Assembly: GCF_026571515.1 (NCBI RefSeq)
Contig: NW_026857081.1
Span: forward strand, 1 to 64,000
Source of the DNA: Ruditapes philippinarum
Lineage: Eukaryota
DNA length: 64,000 bases
Reading direction: 5' to 3'
Part shown: positions 42,606 to 57,000 of the stretch, in pieces
Layout: each line of letters starts with the position of its first letter
How positions within the stretch are numbered: position 1 is the first letter of the stretch
Made by a program: the position numbers and the translations under genes
The notes under the pieces: model-generated
The model's database searches: none
Told to the model about the DNA's origin: nothing
The model's input: only the letters and a program-made list of their open reading frames with translations

Positions 42606-45600
42606 ATGGATCTGAGATGGCTTATACTTATCACGTTACAATATGTGAAATTAGACGATGCAGGTAACACAAAATTGAATATCTTTTTCTACTTTGTCAT
42701 TGACTAGTGCTATGATATAAAATCAGTGAAATATGAAAATGTTGAAGGTTGTCCAATGTGAGTGAAGTGCCTTCAATACATAGACACTAGCATTGTTATT
42801 TAACCAAATTTTGGGTTAATCTAATCTTTATAATTGCTGTGCAAATTACAATATATACGTGTATCAACCTCATGTAGTTTATTTTCCTAACACATGGATT
42901 TTCTGAGATACATCTACACAATCATCAATCAATACAACTATGTCGATGTAAAATAATAATATGGGTCATTTGTGCACGAATGTGTCTTCACAATAAGCAT
43001 GTCTTAATGATATTATCATTTTATAATGTACATTTTTTTCTAAACTACTTGTATTGTAAAAAACTGCAAAAATGATTCTTTTCGCTTTGACTGAGCCTGT
43101 TCATGTACGGCAGTGTAAATTCAATCTTCCAAGCGTTCCTAGCACCGGTTTAATCAAAATTTAACATTTATTATATTGTGCAGTTACAAGAATTAAAACT
43201 AAAACATGTTTTATTCACGATGTAACTCTTTTCCTTTGAATTTTCATTATTACTAAACACTGTCGTTGTGTATTTAAACCAAAACCATTGTCGTTTATTT
43301 ACAGCTTTTAAACATTTTATTCTAAATGTTAATCCTTAATGGTTGTTGACATTTTAATTAATAGGTGATTGTCCCATTGAGCACTGCAGACACTGTACAA
43401 CTCCTAAAGAATGCTCTGTATGCACGTTGGGCTGGTTTGGAGAACAATGTGAGCACAAATGCAATTACAATGATTCTACGTGTTCAATATGCAGTGATTC
43501 ATATCTCAGAAAAAGTTTCAAAAAGTTTGACAAAGATTTTTGCTTTGGATGTTCAAAAACTGAGTATATTTTAAACGGTACCTGTAAACAATGTCCACAA
43601 AACTGTGACTCATGTATTGATTTGATTAATTGTACTAAGTGTAAGACAGGATACTTTGGATCGTCATGTCAGAATGAATGCCCTGTTAATTGTGAAAGCT
43701 GTAAATCTCCTGATTTGTGTACCTCTTGCAAAAATGAATGGCAGGGTAGTTCTTGTCAATGCAGTCCAAACTGTTTAAAAGAGGGAAATTCGTCTGAATG
43801 GTGCAATGAGAATGGGACGTGTACGAAAGGTTGTATCAAAGGGAAAAGAGGAAGCATGTGTAACTTAGATTGTCTAGAGAGTGATTCATGTATTGAATGT
43901 GATCAGTATACTTATCGATGCCTAAAGTGTTCAAATGGGTGGTATGGGACAATTTATTGCAATAAAACATGTGGACATTGTTTTCCTGACAGTAAAGGAG
44001 ATATTGTCTGCAATATTGATGGAGGAACATGCAACAATGGATGTGCTGACGGATATTTTGGTCAAACTTGTAATGATAAGTGCGAAAATTGTCTGGCTCA
44101 TACGCAAGACGTCGTGGTGAAGTGTAACAGTACAAGTGAAAAATGTAACACATCTTGTTTTAATGGTTTCTTTGGTAAAGACTGTGAAAAAGAATGCAGC
44201 CCAAGCTGTTTTGATCCAATAGCAAACACAAGCAAGTGTGACAAAGAGAGTGGCCAATGTATATATGGTTGTATCCCTGGTGTGTATGGTGAGAGATGCG
44301 ATATGAATTGTAGCGTATATTGGTCTAATACTACTTGCAATCAAAGTACGGGCCAGTGTATGAACGGGTGTATTAAAGGATGGTATGGCTTGAACTGCAC
44401 ACTTGCTTGTAGCGATACTTGTCTCAATCAGTCGTGTAATATATCGTCGGGGTATTGTGATGTCGGGTGTGAATCTGGTTGGTTTGGGGATAGTTGTCAA
44501 GACGCGTGCAGCATGAAGTGTGCTAACAGATCGTGCTCAAGAGAATCTGGATTGTGTGATAATGAATGTTTAGATAGTATTAATGGTACAAACTGTTTAA
44601 GAAGCTGTATTGGAAAATGCAAAGACAACTCGTGTGACAGACATACATCGTGGTGTATACTCGGTTGCGAGACTGGATACGAGGGGCTCTTTTGTAATGA
44701 AAGTAAGATGAAAAATATAAACATATAAATAATACCTCATAAAATATAAATGACAACGCACATTATTCGAAGCATACTTTTTATATTAAAATAGTAAACG
44801 TATCCACCCAAAAGGGGTGTCCGTTATTGTTGATAACTTTTAAACACTTGCACCTTACCGCTTTAGATTCCAATCACACTCGGGACTTTGGGTTTGTTCA
44901 TGTGAGTAAACTGTCCAGATAGCTTATAGAACGTCGTTGGTTCTACTCTGGTGCGCACTCGTGCCGGAAACAATTCACAGAGGGGCACCTGATGTCTTCC
45001 TCCATCAGTAAAGCTGAAAATTCGTCATATTACCTACCTCTACAACCCAGCAACAGCAAGAAGTATCCATCCGATATTACCTGGTATCACATGATCAAAA
45101 ATGTTTATGCCCACAACTTTTTGTTATACATTTTCAACAGTCATTTATATATTAAACAAACGTTATTACACTCATGAAGTTTTTCTTTCCAATTTATCGG
45201 CATTGTACCTTTTAAGATACATACACACATATTAAACATAATTATATGCACTCCTATCATTGTTTTTAATAATTTTGACTTTAATTATAAGTTACTACCT
45301 TTTTTATAATTTAAGCAATGCAGACCGATTTTGGTTCAATGGTTATAGTTACAAACGCTGGTATCGCTGGGGCTTTAATAGTGTTCTCGATTTTCTTTGT
45401 AGTGTCCGTCGCCATACGGTAAGAAAAAGCGCATGATTTATATTCAACCACAATCTAAAATATGTTATTTTCTATTAGATTTTCTGGAATCATTTTCTCT
45501 TCTATCGTTAAGGTGAGCTCTTGTTTTAAACTAAACGAGGAAGCGGCGTACAAGGGACTAAATATGTGATTTATGTTTGAAATTAGAACTTTTTGTTATA

Positions 45601-47140
45601 CAGAGGATATTTATGTTTTTTTCTATAAATACAGTGTTTATTTTCATCGAGTGATATGAAAATAAATATTTAATGAGTGGCGGTAGCCACAAGTGAAATA
45701 TGATAATTTTCATAGCACAAGATGAACATAAATCCTGTATTTATAGGAGAAAACTTGAATTTTCTATCTATTATATACAATTTTCACCTTTGTGACATCA
45801 CAGTTTGAAAGACTTTCCCTTAAAGTTTGTATATTGGCCGAATTTAGCAGAAAGTAGTCTGACAAGACACCAGTGAAAATACGGAAAATATGTTTCATTA
45901 CAGTGAAAATACAGAAAATATGCTTCACTGCAGTGAAAAAACGGAAAATGAAGAATACGCATTTTATTTTATCAATATTTCTCAATATTTCACTTATAAG
46001 TATATGATAAAAAAAGAATATTGTACATTCACAGAATCGGTAATATGTTCAATTCGTTCTTATAATTACCACCTGCATTTTAACCACCGTACTTTTATAC
46101 ACGTGGCTCTTACTTCTTATTTCAGATATGCGGTGTGTCCACGACGAAGGAGAAATATAAACAATTCCACAAAAGAAAATGTTGAATCAATTTATGACGA
46201 AATTTGTGAGAATACAGATGGTACGATAAAAGTTACTTAATGCATTGTATATGTTTGACTGGATGTATTTTGAATTTATAATTCCAATCAAAATTGTTCG
46301 AATATCTGTTTCCTCTTTAGACCCAGTTCTATGATTGCATTCTGCATTTCTTATTCTGTGTAATATTTATTTTGTGTCCTTTCAGAGATGGCCATACTTA
46401 CAAATTGTATGAATGAAGATGTTGATTTGGATATAATGGTTGATTCTCGACTCGATAATGCAAGCTTTTCTAGATGCAATACAAGCAGAGGTGACCATTA
46501 TGGTAAATTGATTGACACAGGAACTCAGAACAATGAGTATACGGACCTGACATATTTAACAGTCATGAATTCAAGAACTCCCATACCACAACTTCCTCCA
46601 AGAACTGCGGTATCAAACGCACCAAATGACGTTATGGATGAAGATGTTAATTTGGATATAATGGTTGATTCTCGACTCGATAATGCAAGCTTTTCTAGAT
46701 GCAATACAAGCAGAGGTGACCATTATGGTAAATTGATTGACACAGGAACTCAGAACAATGAGTATACGGACCTGACATATTTAACAGTCATGAACTCAAG
46801 AACTCCCCTACCACAACTTCCTCCAAGAACTGCGGTATCAAACGCACCAAATGACGTTATGGAAGGTCTCTTAAAAAATTGTGGCAGTATCCGTCCAATG
46901 GATTTGAATGATATCCCTCGTGCACTATACGGCTTTAAAAATTCTATCAGTGAACAGATAGATACCCAGGAATGTAATTATATTGACATGAATATGTCTA
47001 AAACCGATGGAGATTTTTTGACAAGGTCAATGGAGATGTGTATTGGAAAACAGCAAGATTGGAAGCAAAATCGTCCTGATTTAAAACTTTCATCTAGCAA
47101 CGAGAGTGACCAAAATGATTATTTACACCCAATCTGCTAG
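42606..47140 (+). CDS. EGF/furin-like-repeat single-pass receptor E; exons 42606-42663, 43365-44702, 45316-45418, 46126-46220, 46386-47140
   Basis: Signal exon MDLRWLILITLQYVKLDDA, 1.34-kb Cys-rich exon, TM AGIAGALIVFSIFFVVSVAI, ESIYDEI exon, and a long tail ending NDYLHPIC*. All introns are GT-AG with consistent phases. Confidence 0.88.
44812..45040 (+). mobile_element. Degenerate tRNA-derived SINE in an intron of gene E
   Basis: gggactttggg..gtgagtaaactgtccagatagcttatagaacgtcgttggttctactc matches the SINE at 51258-51465. Confidence 0.65.
46409..46858 (+). repeat. In-frame 2 x 225-bp tandem duplication in the tail of receptor E
   Basis: Units start at 46409 and 46634 and encode nearly identical 75-aa copies. 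Confidence 0.95.
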
Positions 47141-48384
47141 TAGTACTTGCTGTTTTGTATGATTCTGTTTGATATGTAAAATACTTTATATTGTATGATA
47201 TTGATGAACAAATTGACCTAAAATGTTACATGACAGTTTTGATAGTTATTACGTGTTTTGAAGCACTTTTGTTAAACATATACTATCTCTTGAATTGTTT
47301 TGAAATTTCATTTTTTTTCTTCATGTATTATCTTACAGTTTGTATTATATAAATGAAAATAAAAAGCTGACAATTCTACCGGAAATAATGCTTCTCATGA
47401 GTGTATGCCACCTCTGGACCAGCAACATTGTTCATCACAAAACAATACAGACGTTGTTTAACAGGAAAATAAATAAGATAGAAAGTATATAATGATTAAT
47501 TGAGTCATGTTTGACAATTAATTTCCACTGCTCTAATTAGTCAATCTCTTATCATGTACATATCCTATCTTAATGAAACATAAATAATATGTGCTTTTTT
47601 GTTTTGTTTTTGTCTTTTGCACCAGTTAGTATATTAATGAAAATTTAACAAATAATTTATTTACTAATTACTTTTAGCTAGATGCCCAAAAATAATTGAT
47701 TCAAAAATCTCCTAATAGAATAATGAAAATTTCACAAATAAGTTATTTACTAATTTCTAAAGCGTTTTTAAAAGAGTACCAAGAACGATATATATATATA
47801 CACAAAAGGTTTAAACCTATCACATCAGCAATACAAATCAAATATATATTACAATTTAAAAAAAAACTAACTTCATTAAAGAGACACCTACAGCCCTGCA
47901 AATTGGAATAAAGCCTAATCTAATTTCAATATGTATCTAACAGAGGCTCAAGAATTTGGTAGTATCTACGTTTGCTGGCACCAACAGAGATAAGTGTTAC
48001 GAAATCGTTTACAACAACATGCCATCAATTAAGTATGTGATCTGTCCAATTTTATGAAACGCTTAAACCTGCACTGTTGCATCTGTAACTGTATCTTTAT
48101 ATCTTTTCCTTGTCATATAAAACAACATATGGCTTACCAACCAAACGATGTACAAACGGATTTTTTTTTCACAATACAAAACATTTACGCAAAAACATAC
48201 AATATATAGAGATATACAAGGAACAAAATATTTCTTTTAAGATTCTACAAACAAGATTATAAAGAAAGTAATTCAATAGTATTATCTTACCAATATTGTA
48301 AAACGTTATTACTGTCATACCTATTTTTAATATTACATTAGAAAAAGATTTCTTTTTAGAAGTAATTACATTACAATATTATAA

Positions 48385-49190
48385 ACAAGAGCTGTCCGTA
48401 AGACAGCGCGCTCGACTTTTTTAGTGCTTGCCTATAATACAAAACATTGACAGTTAAGGGCCATAATTCAAATAAAATCTTTGACAGAATTACCTTCTCC
48501 TGGACATGTTTGGGAATCATGATTGTAAACAAGTATTCCAACTTTCAAACTAATATCTCAAACAGTTCAGTCAAAAAGTGGACTGGTACTAAAAACTTAA
48601 CCAAGATTCTAAGTCGATAAAAGGCCTTAATTTTTAAAACAAATCCTTGACAGAGTTACCTTCTCTTGCGTACAGATGGGGGTAATGATGTGAAATAGCA
48701 TTAAAAGTTTCAAAGCAATATCTCAAAGGGTTAAGGCAATAAGTGGATTTTACCCATATTCAATGTATTTTCTAAGTCAAAAAGGGGCATAATTCTGTCA
48801 AAAACCTTGACAGAGTTATGTCCTCTTGTCTGTTGATGAAGGTCGTGATGGTAAACAAGTATGGTCAGTTTCAAAGCAATACCTCCAATGGTTTTGAAAT
48901 AAAGTGAGGTGGTACAAAAAACTTAACCAAGCTCAATACACTTTCTAAGTCAAAAAAGGGCCATAATTCTGTCAAAAACCTTGACAGAGTTATGTACTCT
49001 TGTCTGTAGATGGAGGTTATGATGGTGAACAAGTATGGTAAGTTTCAAAGCCATACTTGTAATACTTCTGAAATAAAGTGGGGTGGTACGAAAAACTTAA
49101 CCAAGGTGTGACGCCAACGCTAACGCCGACGCCGACGCCGACGCCGGGGCGAGTAGGATAGCTCCCCTTTTCATAGAAAAGTCGAGCTAA
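48385..49190. mobile_element. HINE-like non-autonomous element (near-identical to 11381-12358)
   Basis: Same termini and internal units but different flanks, so an independent insertion. Confidence 0.8.
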
Positions 49191-51257
49191 AAAGGAGAAA
49201 AAAAATTGTCATCAACACAAGGGAAACAACTCCTTTTATCTTAATATTAGTGTTCAACTCTGGTCATGAATACTTTATGCAATGATAACATAAGGACTAA
49301 ATGTCATAAAATGTGTTCAAGAGAAAAAGAAACAAAAAAAGGGAAGTGGGTGAAGTTCCGAGTGGATCAAGTCTAAATAATTGATGTTAAAATATAAGTC
49401 TCGATTAGGCAGCAATTAATCATATTTGCCCCATAAAATTGTCAAACTGAAAAATCCTATTTTGTTGTTGTTTTTAAATTATATAATACTGTTCTCAAAA
49501 GATGAACGCCATAAAAAGTTGAATTAAATTCAATGTTGCATTATATAAGTGTTCATTGCCAAGACTATATTATCTGTTAAGGTTCACTGTGTGTTCACAT
49601 TTGTACATTTTAAATTTATCGATGATTTAATATCTTCCCAGAAAGAAGAACTTAACTGGCAATGCCAAAATAAATGTTTTATAGTTTCAGGTTGTTGCAG
49701 AAAGAACATGTATTAACATCTTTTATTCTCATTTATTCTCATTTTATGTAAAAGATAATTGGTTATCGGTATCCTTTGGGTAACTGTATACTGAAACCAT
49801 TATAAATTTGAATTCCTTTGTAATATTAAAAGGGAGTCTATAAATGCATTTCCATTAAAATTATCATTCAAATTCATCATCCCATTTTCTCTCGGCCATA
49901 GAGTATGTATTTGCTCTAGGAATATAATCATAAATTTGTCTGCATCACTTTTTTCTTGCTATCGATTTTATAATCATTAAAGGCTGGATAGGCATTTCCT
50001 CTTTCTGAGCTAGATGCCTAAAAAAATGTGATTCAAAAATCTCCTAAAAGAACAATGAACAAATGGACTTCGAACACAGCATTTACCTAATGGGCTAGAA
50101 TGTAATGTCCTCAGATCTATATCCTTAATATCAATTTAATGACTTATTTGAACATTAACGTAAACTCATACAAATTCACTGACCCTTCTCATATCAGACC
50201 CATGAGCAATCACAGTTCAACTACAACATCGTACAACATCGCAACAACATCCGGTGCTCATTTTTTTATTCCGAGATTCACGGATGAGCAACACCGTAGA
50301 GAATGTAAGCATGGTTTTCTTTATCATTAGAAATGCTTTCTATGCATATATAGTTCCCTACTTGACCCCTCATGTTATTCTGATTATCATATTTATGGAT
50401 TACAAAAAGAATCTCACCCACAATATATTTGTTTTCAAAAGAGCGCATGTCAATGTTTCTGGTAAAATATATTGTTTATTGGTTATTAAAAAAGTAACGA
50501 GTGAGGATTTATCAATTGGGTAGATGGCCTATACATCAGAAACAACGTGACCTGTTGTAATATGTATTGTTCAAATTTGTTGATATGGCCGAGGGGTCGT
50601 GTCGCATACTTAAAGTCATTTTACAAAAGCGTTCCTTACCCGGCTTATTTAGTAACACTTGTAGTATATGTTTAGGGGCGCAATAGACGCATTCTCATAC
50701 AACCAAGTAAAATAGATTCAAACACGAGCTGTCAATAGGACAGCGCGCTCGACTAGTGTCAGTGCTTGATTGGAAACAAGAACCTGGATAATGTAAGAAA
50801 TAACGAAGTCGAAACAAATGACATAGTTATGAGTCTTGAATATTGACATTTGAATTTTGTATACTTACAAAGAGTCTTATATCAGTAAAATACATACCAG
50901 ATATGTTGGTATAAGAAAGTGACATTCAATTGCAATTACTTTAATATTGAATGTCTGGCTTCACAAACAACCATAACTGAATCAAAAAAATGTCAGAGTT
51001 AGGAACGTTGGTTAGGGATCATGACATGTCAATACCTCCAGAACACAACAGAACAGACATGTTATTACGACTTGTACAAAATACATCATTTACTCTGGTC
51101 TATTTACAGAGCGTGCACTTGTAATATATAACAAAGACACTTGTTGCTAGTTCTATCGTTTAATGACCACTGAATGTTACAAGTATACAAGTGGCGAGAA
51201 GATAATGGACATGCGCATTACAGTATTAGATATATAGTATTTAGATTAAACATATGT

Positions 51258-51465
51258 TTGTTTTTTTTTATTGTGTTTTACGTCACACCGACACAGTATA
51301 GGTCATTTCTTTACTGGTGGAGTAGAACCACCGACGTCCCGTAAGCTAGCTGGATAGCTTCCTCACGGAAAGAATCCAAAGTCCTTGTCGGGATTCGAAC
51401 GCACAGCGTTGAGGGGTAAGTGGTTTGAAGTCAACGACCTTAACCACTCGGCCACGGACGCCCCT
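51258..51465 (-). mobile_element. tRNA(Ser/Leu-like)-derived SINE
   Basis: Minus strand reads ggggcgtccgtggccgagtggttaagg...gttcgaatccc followed by a body and an A-rich tail. Confidence 0.8.
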
Positions 51466-53794
51466 TAAGCATATGTATACAATATACAATATCTACATTA
51501 TATTCACATACATTTGTATATAATAAAAAAATTAAACCTGGATATCGCATTATACCTATAAAACATTTTCATGACAATAAACAAACAAACATATAGTTAT
51601 GAAAAATGTGCATTTACAGTATACTCTGGGACATACGATAAGTATACTTAAGGGTATAGTTTCTTAAGTCAAAGGAAACAGTGGTTAGTTGCGTTTTTAA
51701 TATTTTAAACTGGATAAATTATATGGAAAACCACAAATTACTAGAGAAAACCACAAACTATAGCTTCAATACCACAAGCTCTATTTGTAATAGGGTCTAT
51801 AACATGTATATGACCGAGTTGCTCCTTTAATTTCGGAACACCTCGCCGATTATTCGTATTTGGAGCTTATCCGGAGACTGGCGGGAATAGCTAGTAACAA
51901 AACTATTTCAGCTGAAAAAAATATTAATCTGAAAATCTTTGAAAAAATATAGACTATAACAATAGATCTACAACAATTTTTTTAAATATACATGTATATA
52001 TTAATTATATTTATCTACATATGTTGTTGTTTTTAAATGATATAATACTGTTCTCAAAAGATGAACGACATAAAAAGTTGAATTAAATTCAATGTTGCAT
52101 TATATAAGTGTTCATTGCCAATACTATATTATCTGTTAAGGTTACTGTGTGTTCACATTTGTACATTTTAAATTTATCGATGATTTTATATCTCCCCAGA
52201 AAGAAGAACTTAACTGGTAATACCAAAATAAATGTTTTATAGTTTCAGGTTGCTGCAGAAAGAACATGTATTAACATCTTTTATTCTCATTTATTCTCAT
52301 TTTATGTAAAAGATAATTGGTTATCGGTATCCTTTGGGTAACTGTATACTGAAACCATTATAAATTTGAATTCCTTTGTAATATTAAAAGGGAGTCTATA
52401 AATGCATTTCCAGTTAAAAATTATCATTCAAATTCATCTTCCCATTTTCTCTCAGCAGTAGAGAATGTATTTGCGCTCTAAGAATGTAAACATCAATTTG
52501 TCTGCATCCCTTTTCTGACTATCGAATTTATAATCATTAAAGGCTGGATAGGCATTTCCTCTTTCTGAGCTAGATGCCTAAATAAATGTGATTCAAAAAT
52601 CTCCTAATAGAATAATGAACAAATGGACTTCGAACACAGCTTTTTACCTAGTGGGCTAGAATGTAATGTCCTCAGATCTATGTCTATCACTTTAATGACT
52701 TATTTGAACATTAACGTAAACAAATTCACTGACCCTTCTCATATCAGACCCATGAGCAATCACAACTCAACTGCAACATCGTACAACATCCGGTGCTCAT
52801 TTTTTTTATTCCGAGATTCACGGATGAGCAACACCGTAGAGAATGTAAGCATGGTTTTCTTTATCATTAGAAATGCTTTCTATGCATATATAGTTCCCTA
52901 CTTGGCCCCTCATGTTATTCTGATTATCATATTTATGGATTACAAAAAGAATCTCACCCACAATATATTTGTTTTCAAAAGAGCGCATGTCAATGTTTGT
53001 GATTAAATATATTGTTTATTGGTTATTAAAAAAGTAACGAGTGAGGATTTATCAATTGGGTAGATGGCCTATACATCAGAAACAACGTGACCTGTTGTAA
53101 TATGTATTGTTCAAATTTGTTGATATGGCCGAGGGGTCGTGTCGCATACTTAAAGTCATTTTACAAAAGCGTTCCTTACCCGGCTTATTTAGTAACACTT
53201 GTAGTATATGTTTAGGGGCGCAATAGACGCATTCTCATACAACCAAGTAAAATAGATTCAAACACGAGCTGTCAATAGGACAGCGCGCTCGGTTATTGCC
53301 AGTGTTTGATTGGAAACAAGAACCTGGATAATGTAAGAATTAACGAAGAGGAAAATTTCATTCGAAACAAATGACATTGTTATGAGTCTTGAATATTGAC
53401 ATTTCAATTTTGTATAAAAGAGACATATGTATCAGTAAAATTCATACCAGATATATTGGTATAAGAAAGTGTAATTACTAAAATATTGTATGTATGGCTT
53501 CATAAACAACCATAATTGAATCAAAAAAATGTCAGAGTTAGGAACGTTGGTTAGGGATCATGACATGTCAATACCTCCAGAACACAACAGAACAGACATG
53601 TTATTACGACTTGTACAAAATACATCATTTACTCTGGTCTATTTACAGAGCGTGCACTTGTAATATATAACAAAGACACTTGTTGCTAGTTCTATCGTTT
53701 AATGACCACTGAATGTTACAAGTATACAAGTGGCGAGAAGATAATGGACATGCGCATTACAGTATTAGATATATAGTATTTAGATTTAAACATA

Positions 53795-54004
53795 TGTTTG
53801 TTTTTTTTATTGTGTTTTACGTCACACCGACACAGTATAGGTCATTTCTTTACTGGTGGAGTAGAACCACCGACGTCCCGTAAGCTAGCTGGATAGCTTC
53901 CTCACGGAAAGAATCCAAAGTCCTTGTCGGGATTCGAAACGCACAGCGTTGAGGGGTAAGTGGTTTGAAGTCAACGACCTTAACCACTCGGCCACGGACG
54001 CCCC
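53795..54004 (-). mobile_element. tRNA-derived SINE (duplicate of 51258-51465)
   Basis: Same sequence in the second duplication unit. Confidence 0.8.
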
Positions 54005-57000
54005 TTAAGCATATGTATACAATATACAATATCTACATTATATTCACATACATTTGTATATAATAAAAAAATTAAACCTGGATATCGCATTATACCAATA
54101 AAATAGTTTCATGACAATAAACAAACAAACATATAGGCTCCAAGCTATGAAAAATGTGCATTTACAGTATACTCTGGGACATACGATAAGTATACTTAAG
54201 GGTATAGTTTCTTAAGTCAAAGGAAACAGTGGTTAGTTGCGTTTTTAATATTTTAAACTGGATAAATTATATGGAAAACCACAAATTACTAGAGAAAACC
54301 ACAAACTATAGCTTCAATACCACAAGCTCTATTTGTAATAGGGTTCTATAACATACATGTATAATGACGGGAACCGAGTTGCTCCTTTAAAATTTCGGAA
54401 AAACCTCTCCCATTATTCGAAAATTTGGAAGTTTCCGGGAACGGCGGGAAATAAACTATTTAAAAAAACTTTTTTTCCCCTTTAAACGAAAAAAATAAAA
54501 TTAATCTGAAAAACTTTTTAAAAAAATTAATAATAAAAAAGATCTACAACAAAAATTTTTTTAAATATACTGTAATATTATTAATTGGGAAAATTTAAAT
54601 TAAATATTTAAATATTTTAAAATTTTTCACAAAAAAACGTTAAAACCCAAAATTTTAAATAAAACAAACCTTTTGGGGTTAAATATACATACGTTGCTAT
54701 CAGAAAACGTTTTTTAGACGTGTTATCTAATTTTCTCCAGAAAGTGTATTGTTGTTTTTTTTTTTTTTCCCAACAAAAAAGTAAATTTATTTAAAGTTTT
54801 CTTAATATTCAGGAAAAAGGCCCGGCAAATTTGCCGTTAAAAGAAATTAAAGGGAAATTGGGGTTAAATTAAATAAAAGTTTTTAAATAAAATCTTGAGT
54901 TTTTTTGGGTTGTTTTTTTTTTCAAGTAAATAAAAACTAAAAGGGCTTCCCCGGTTTTATTTCTTTAGAATCATCGGGGGGCTTTTTAAAAAAACATTTT
55001 CCATTAAATGAAATGAACGGGAAAAATTTGTTTTTAAAAAATCTTTTTATATTTATTAAAGACCTGTTTGTATTTATAAGTAAATTTTGGGAACCCCGGT
55101 TTTTAAAAAGAAACTTTTATAAAAATGGGAAAGGAGGTTTGACCCCAAAAATTTTAAAAATTAAAAAGGAAAAAGCTACCATAACACCCGAAAAAAACCA
55201 TTTCAATCTCAAATTATTACATTTTCTACGTCTCTAACAGGACACCAAAAATCAAAGGCCGCAACAAAAAAGCGCGGGGAAATATGGAAACGAACGACAA
55301 CTTCGATCATTTCCAGTGTTGCATCAGATTTTTTAGAGACGTGTGCAAAACTGGACGTGTTCGATTTTATTACATTTGGTTCGAATGCACCAACAATTGA
55401 ATAAACAAAATGCTTCTTACTGAAAATGAAAGTCAAATATTAAAATATTACTTTATTTTATAAACTGCATCCTCGTTTATACTTCTTTGTCAAACATATT
55501 AATCTAAAGTATTTGCTTTATCACTATTCATTTCATGAACAATACTTGTTCAATCGAATACTTCTAAATATTTTCTAAAAATACCTCGGAAAATCCCAAA
55601 CAAGGAACTCCGCTTTTGCACACGGCCACGTAACACACGTGAAATACGGTTGAAATCGGTTTAATATCTTTTACTAATCCTAATTGTGGCCAGATTCTGA
55701 AGTAAGTATTACAATGCAACGTAAAAAATTTTTTCCCCAAAATTTTTAAATTTTTTTATATTTTATTCATAAAAGTTTAACTGAATTTTTTCCCGGAGGA
55801 CAAACTTTTAAAACCGGGCAGCAAATTTTTAACCCTAAAAAATTTTTTCGACCCACCCGGGATTAGTAGTTAAAGAAAATTTGGTAAAAAATTTTTAAAA
55901 GGGGGCCCTATTTTTTTTTATTTCGAAAAAAACTCTAAAGGGCTTTTGGGGCAATTATCCCCGTTTATTCACAAAGGGTTGGTGTCAATTTAAATTGACA
56001 TTTCAAATAATTTTTTTTTTAAAATTTCACTTTTGGGTAAAATTTGGGCCCTGTTTAAAAATTCTTGAAAAAAAATATCACTGCATCTGCAAGGGAGAAA
56101 AAAAAAGGGGCTAAACCCGGGTTTAAAATTTTAAAATAATAGCCAATATTTTTCAACTAAAAAAATTTATAGCCAAAAGTTCAGCGGACTATTAACGAAT
56201 TAGCGATTAACAACATAAGCAGTTGATTAAATAAAACATTACATTTATATAAAACTTTCAGTTTTATAAGGATTCTCAAATAAACTGATACATTTGTGTA
56301 TATTGATAACTACCTTTTTTAAAATAGAACCACAACTTAAATTGTTATTATAGAACAGAATAAAAATGTTATAATTAGTATAATTACTGTATAACAATAA
56401 TATTAATTTATTAAAGATTCATTATAACTTTACACAATGCTGACAACTTTTTTTGTTTGTTCTAATCAAATTTTGTCAGGTTTAACCACTGTCAATTTCC
56501 ACATTTCACACAGAACTGGAGTAGATCTAGGTCATATTAGCCTATAGAAATAACACAAGTTTGCAAACTCATTCACAGAATGCAGCCTTTTTTCTGAATA
56601 ATTTACTGAAAAATATCATCATCACCAATGTAATACAAATCTTCTGCCATAGTAGTACAGATTTTTAAACAGAACATAACTTATTTCACCTTTAAATAAA
56701 TATCAAAATTATCGATGTCGCGAAAATATGTGACAATCGGATTTTTCCTGTTTTCTGAAGAAATATTCACAATTTTGGTTGTTGTGCAAATAGTTGTTTG
56801 GAAGTCAATTCTTTTTAAATATTTTACCATTGTTTTCCACTGGCGATTTAGTCAAGTAGCTTAAAATAAAAAAAATCAAAATTTGCAATTACTGCAATTC
56901 ACGGTAAATTATGGGTAAGTCAATATCCAGTTTATCCATTTTAAAAAGATTTTTGTGGCTAATTGACGGATATTTGATGGCTATTATAAATGCTAGACAA

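Larger units (their letters stand above)
49462..54570. repeat. ~2.56-kb tandem segmental duplication (units start ~49462 and ~52022)
   Basis: gttgttgtttttaaat.atataatactgttctcaaaagatgaacg starts both units, and each carries the same SINE and HINE fragment. Confidence 0.9.

Noticed and set aside
51390-51465. Possible tRNA-Sec/opal suppressor (cttcaaa loop) on the minus strand
   Set aside because: The cloverleaf is incomplete, and the sequence continues into a SINE body and A-rich tail present in several copies.
50139-53006. Duplicated ORFs 50139-50523 and 52623-53006 as a gene pair
   Set aside because: The frames differ between the two copies through indels, and there is no recognisable domain or splice structure.
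54900-56170. K/F-rich ORFs and apparent slippery sites
   Set aside because: They lie in the homopolymer-distorted, probably erroneous sequence.
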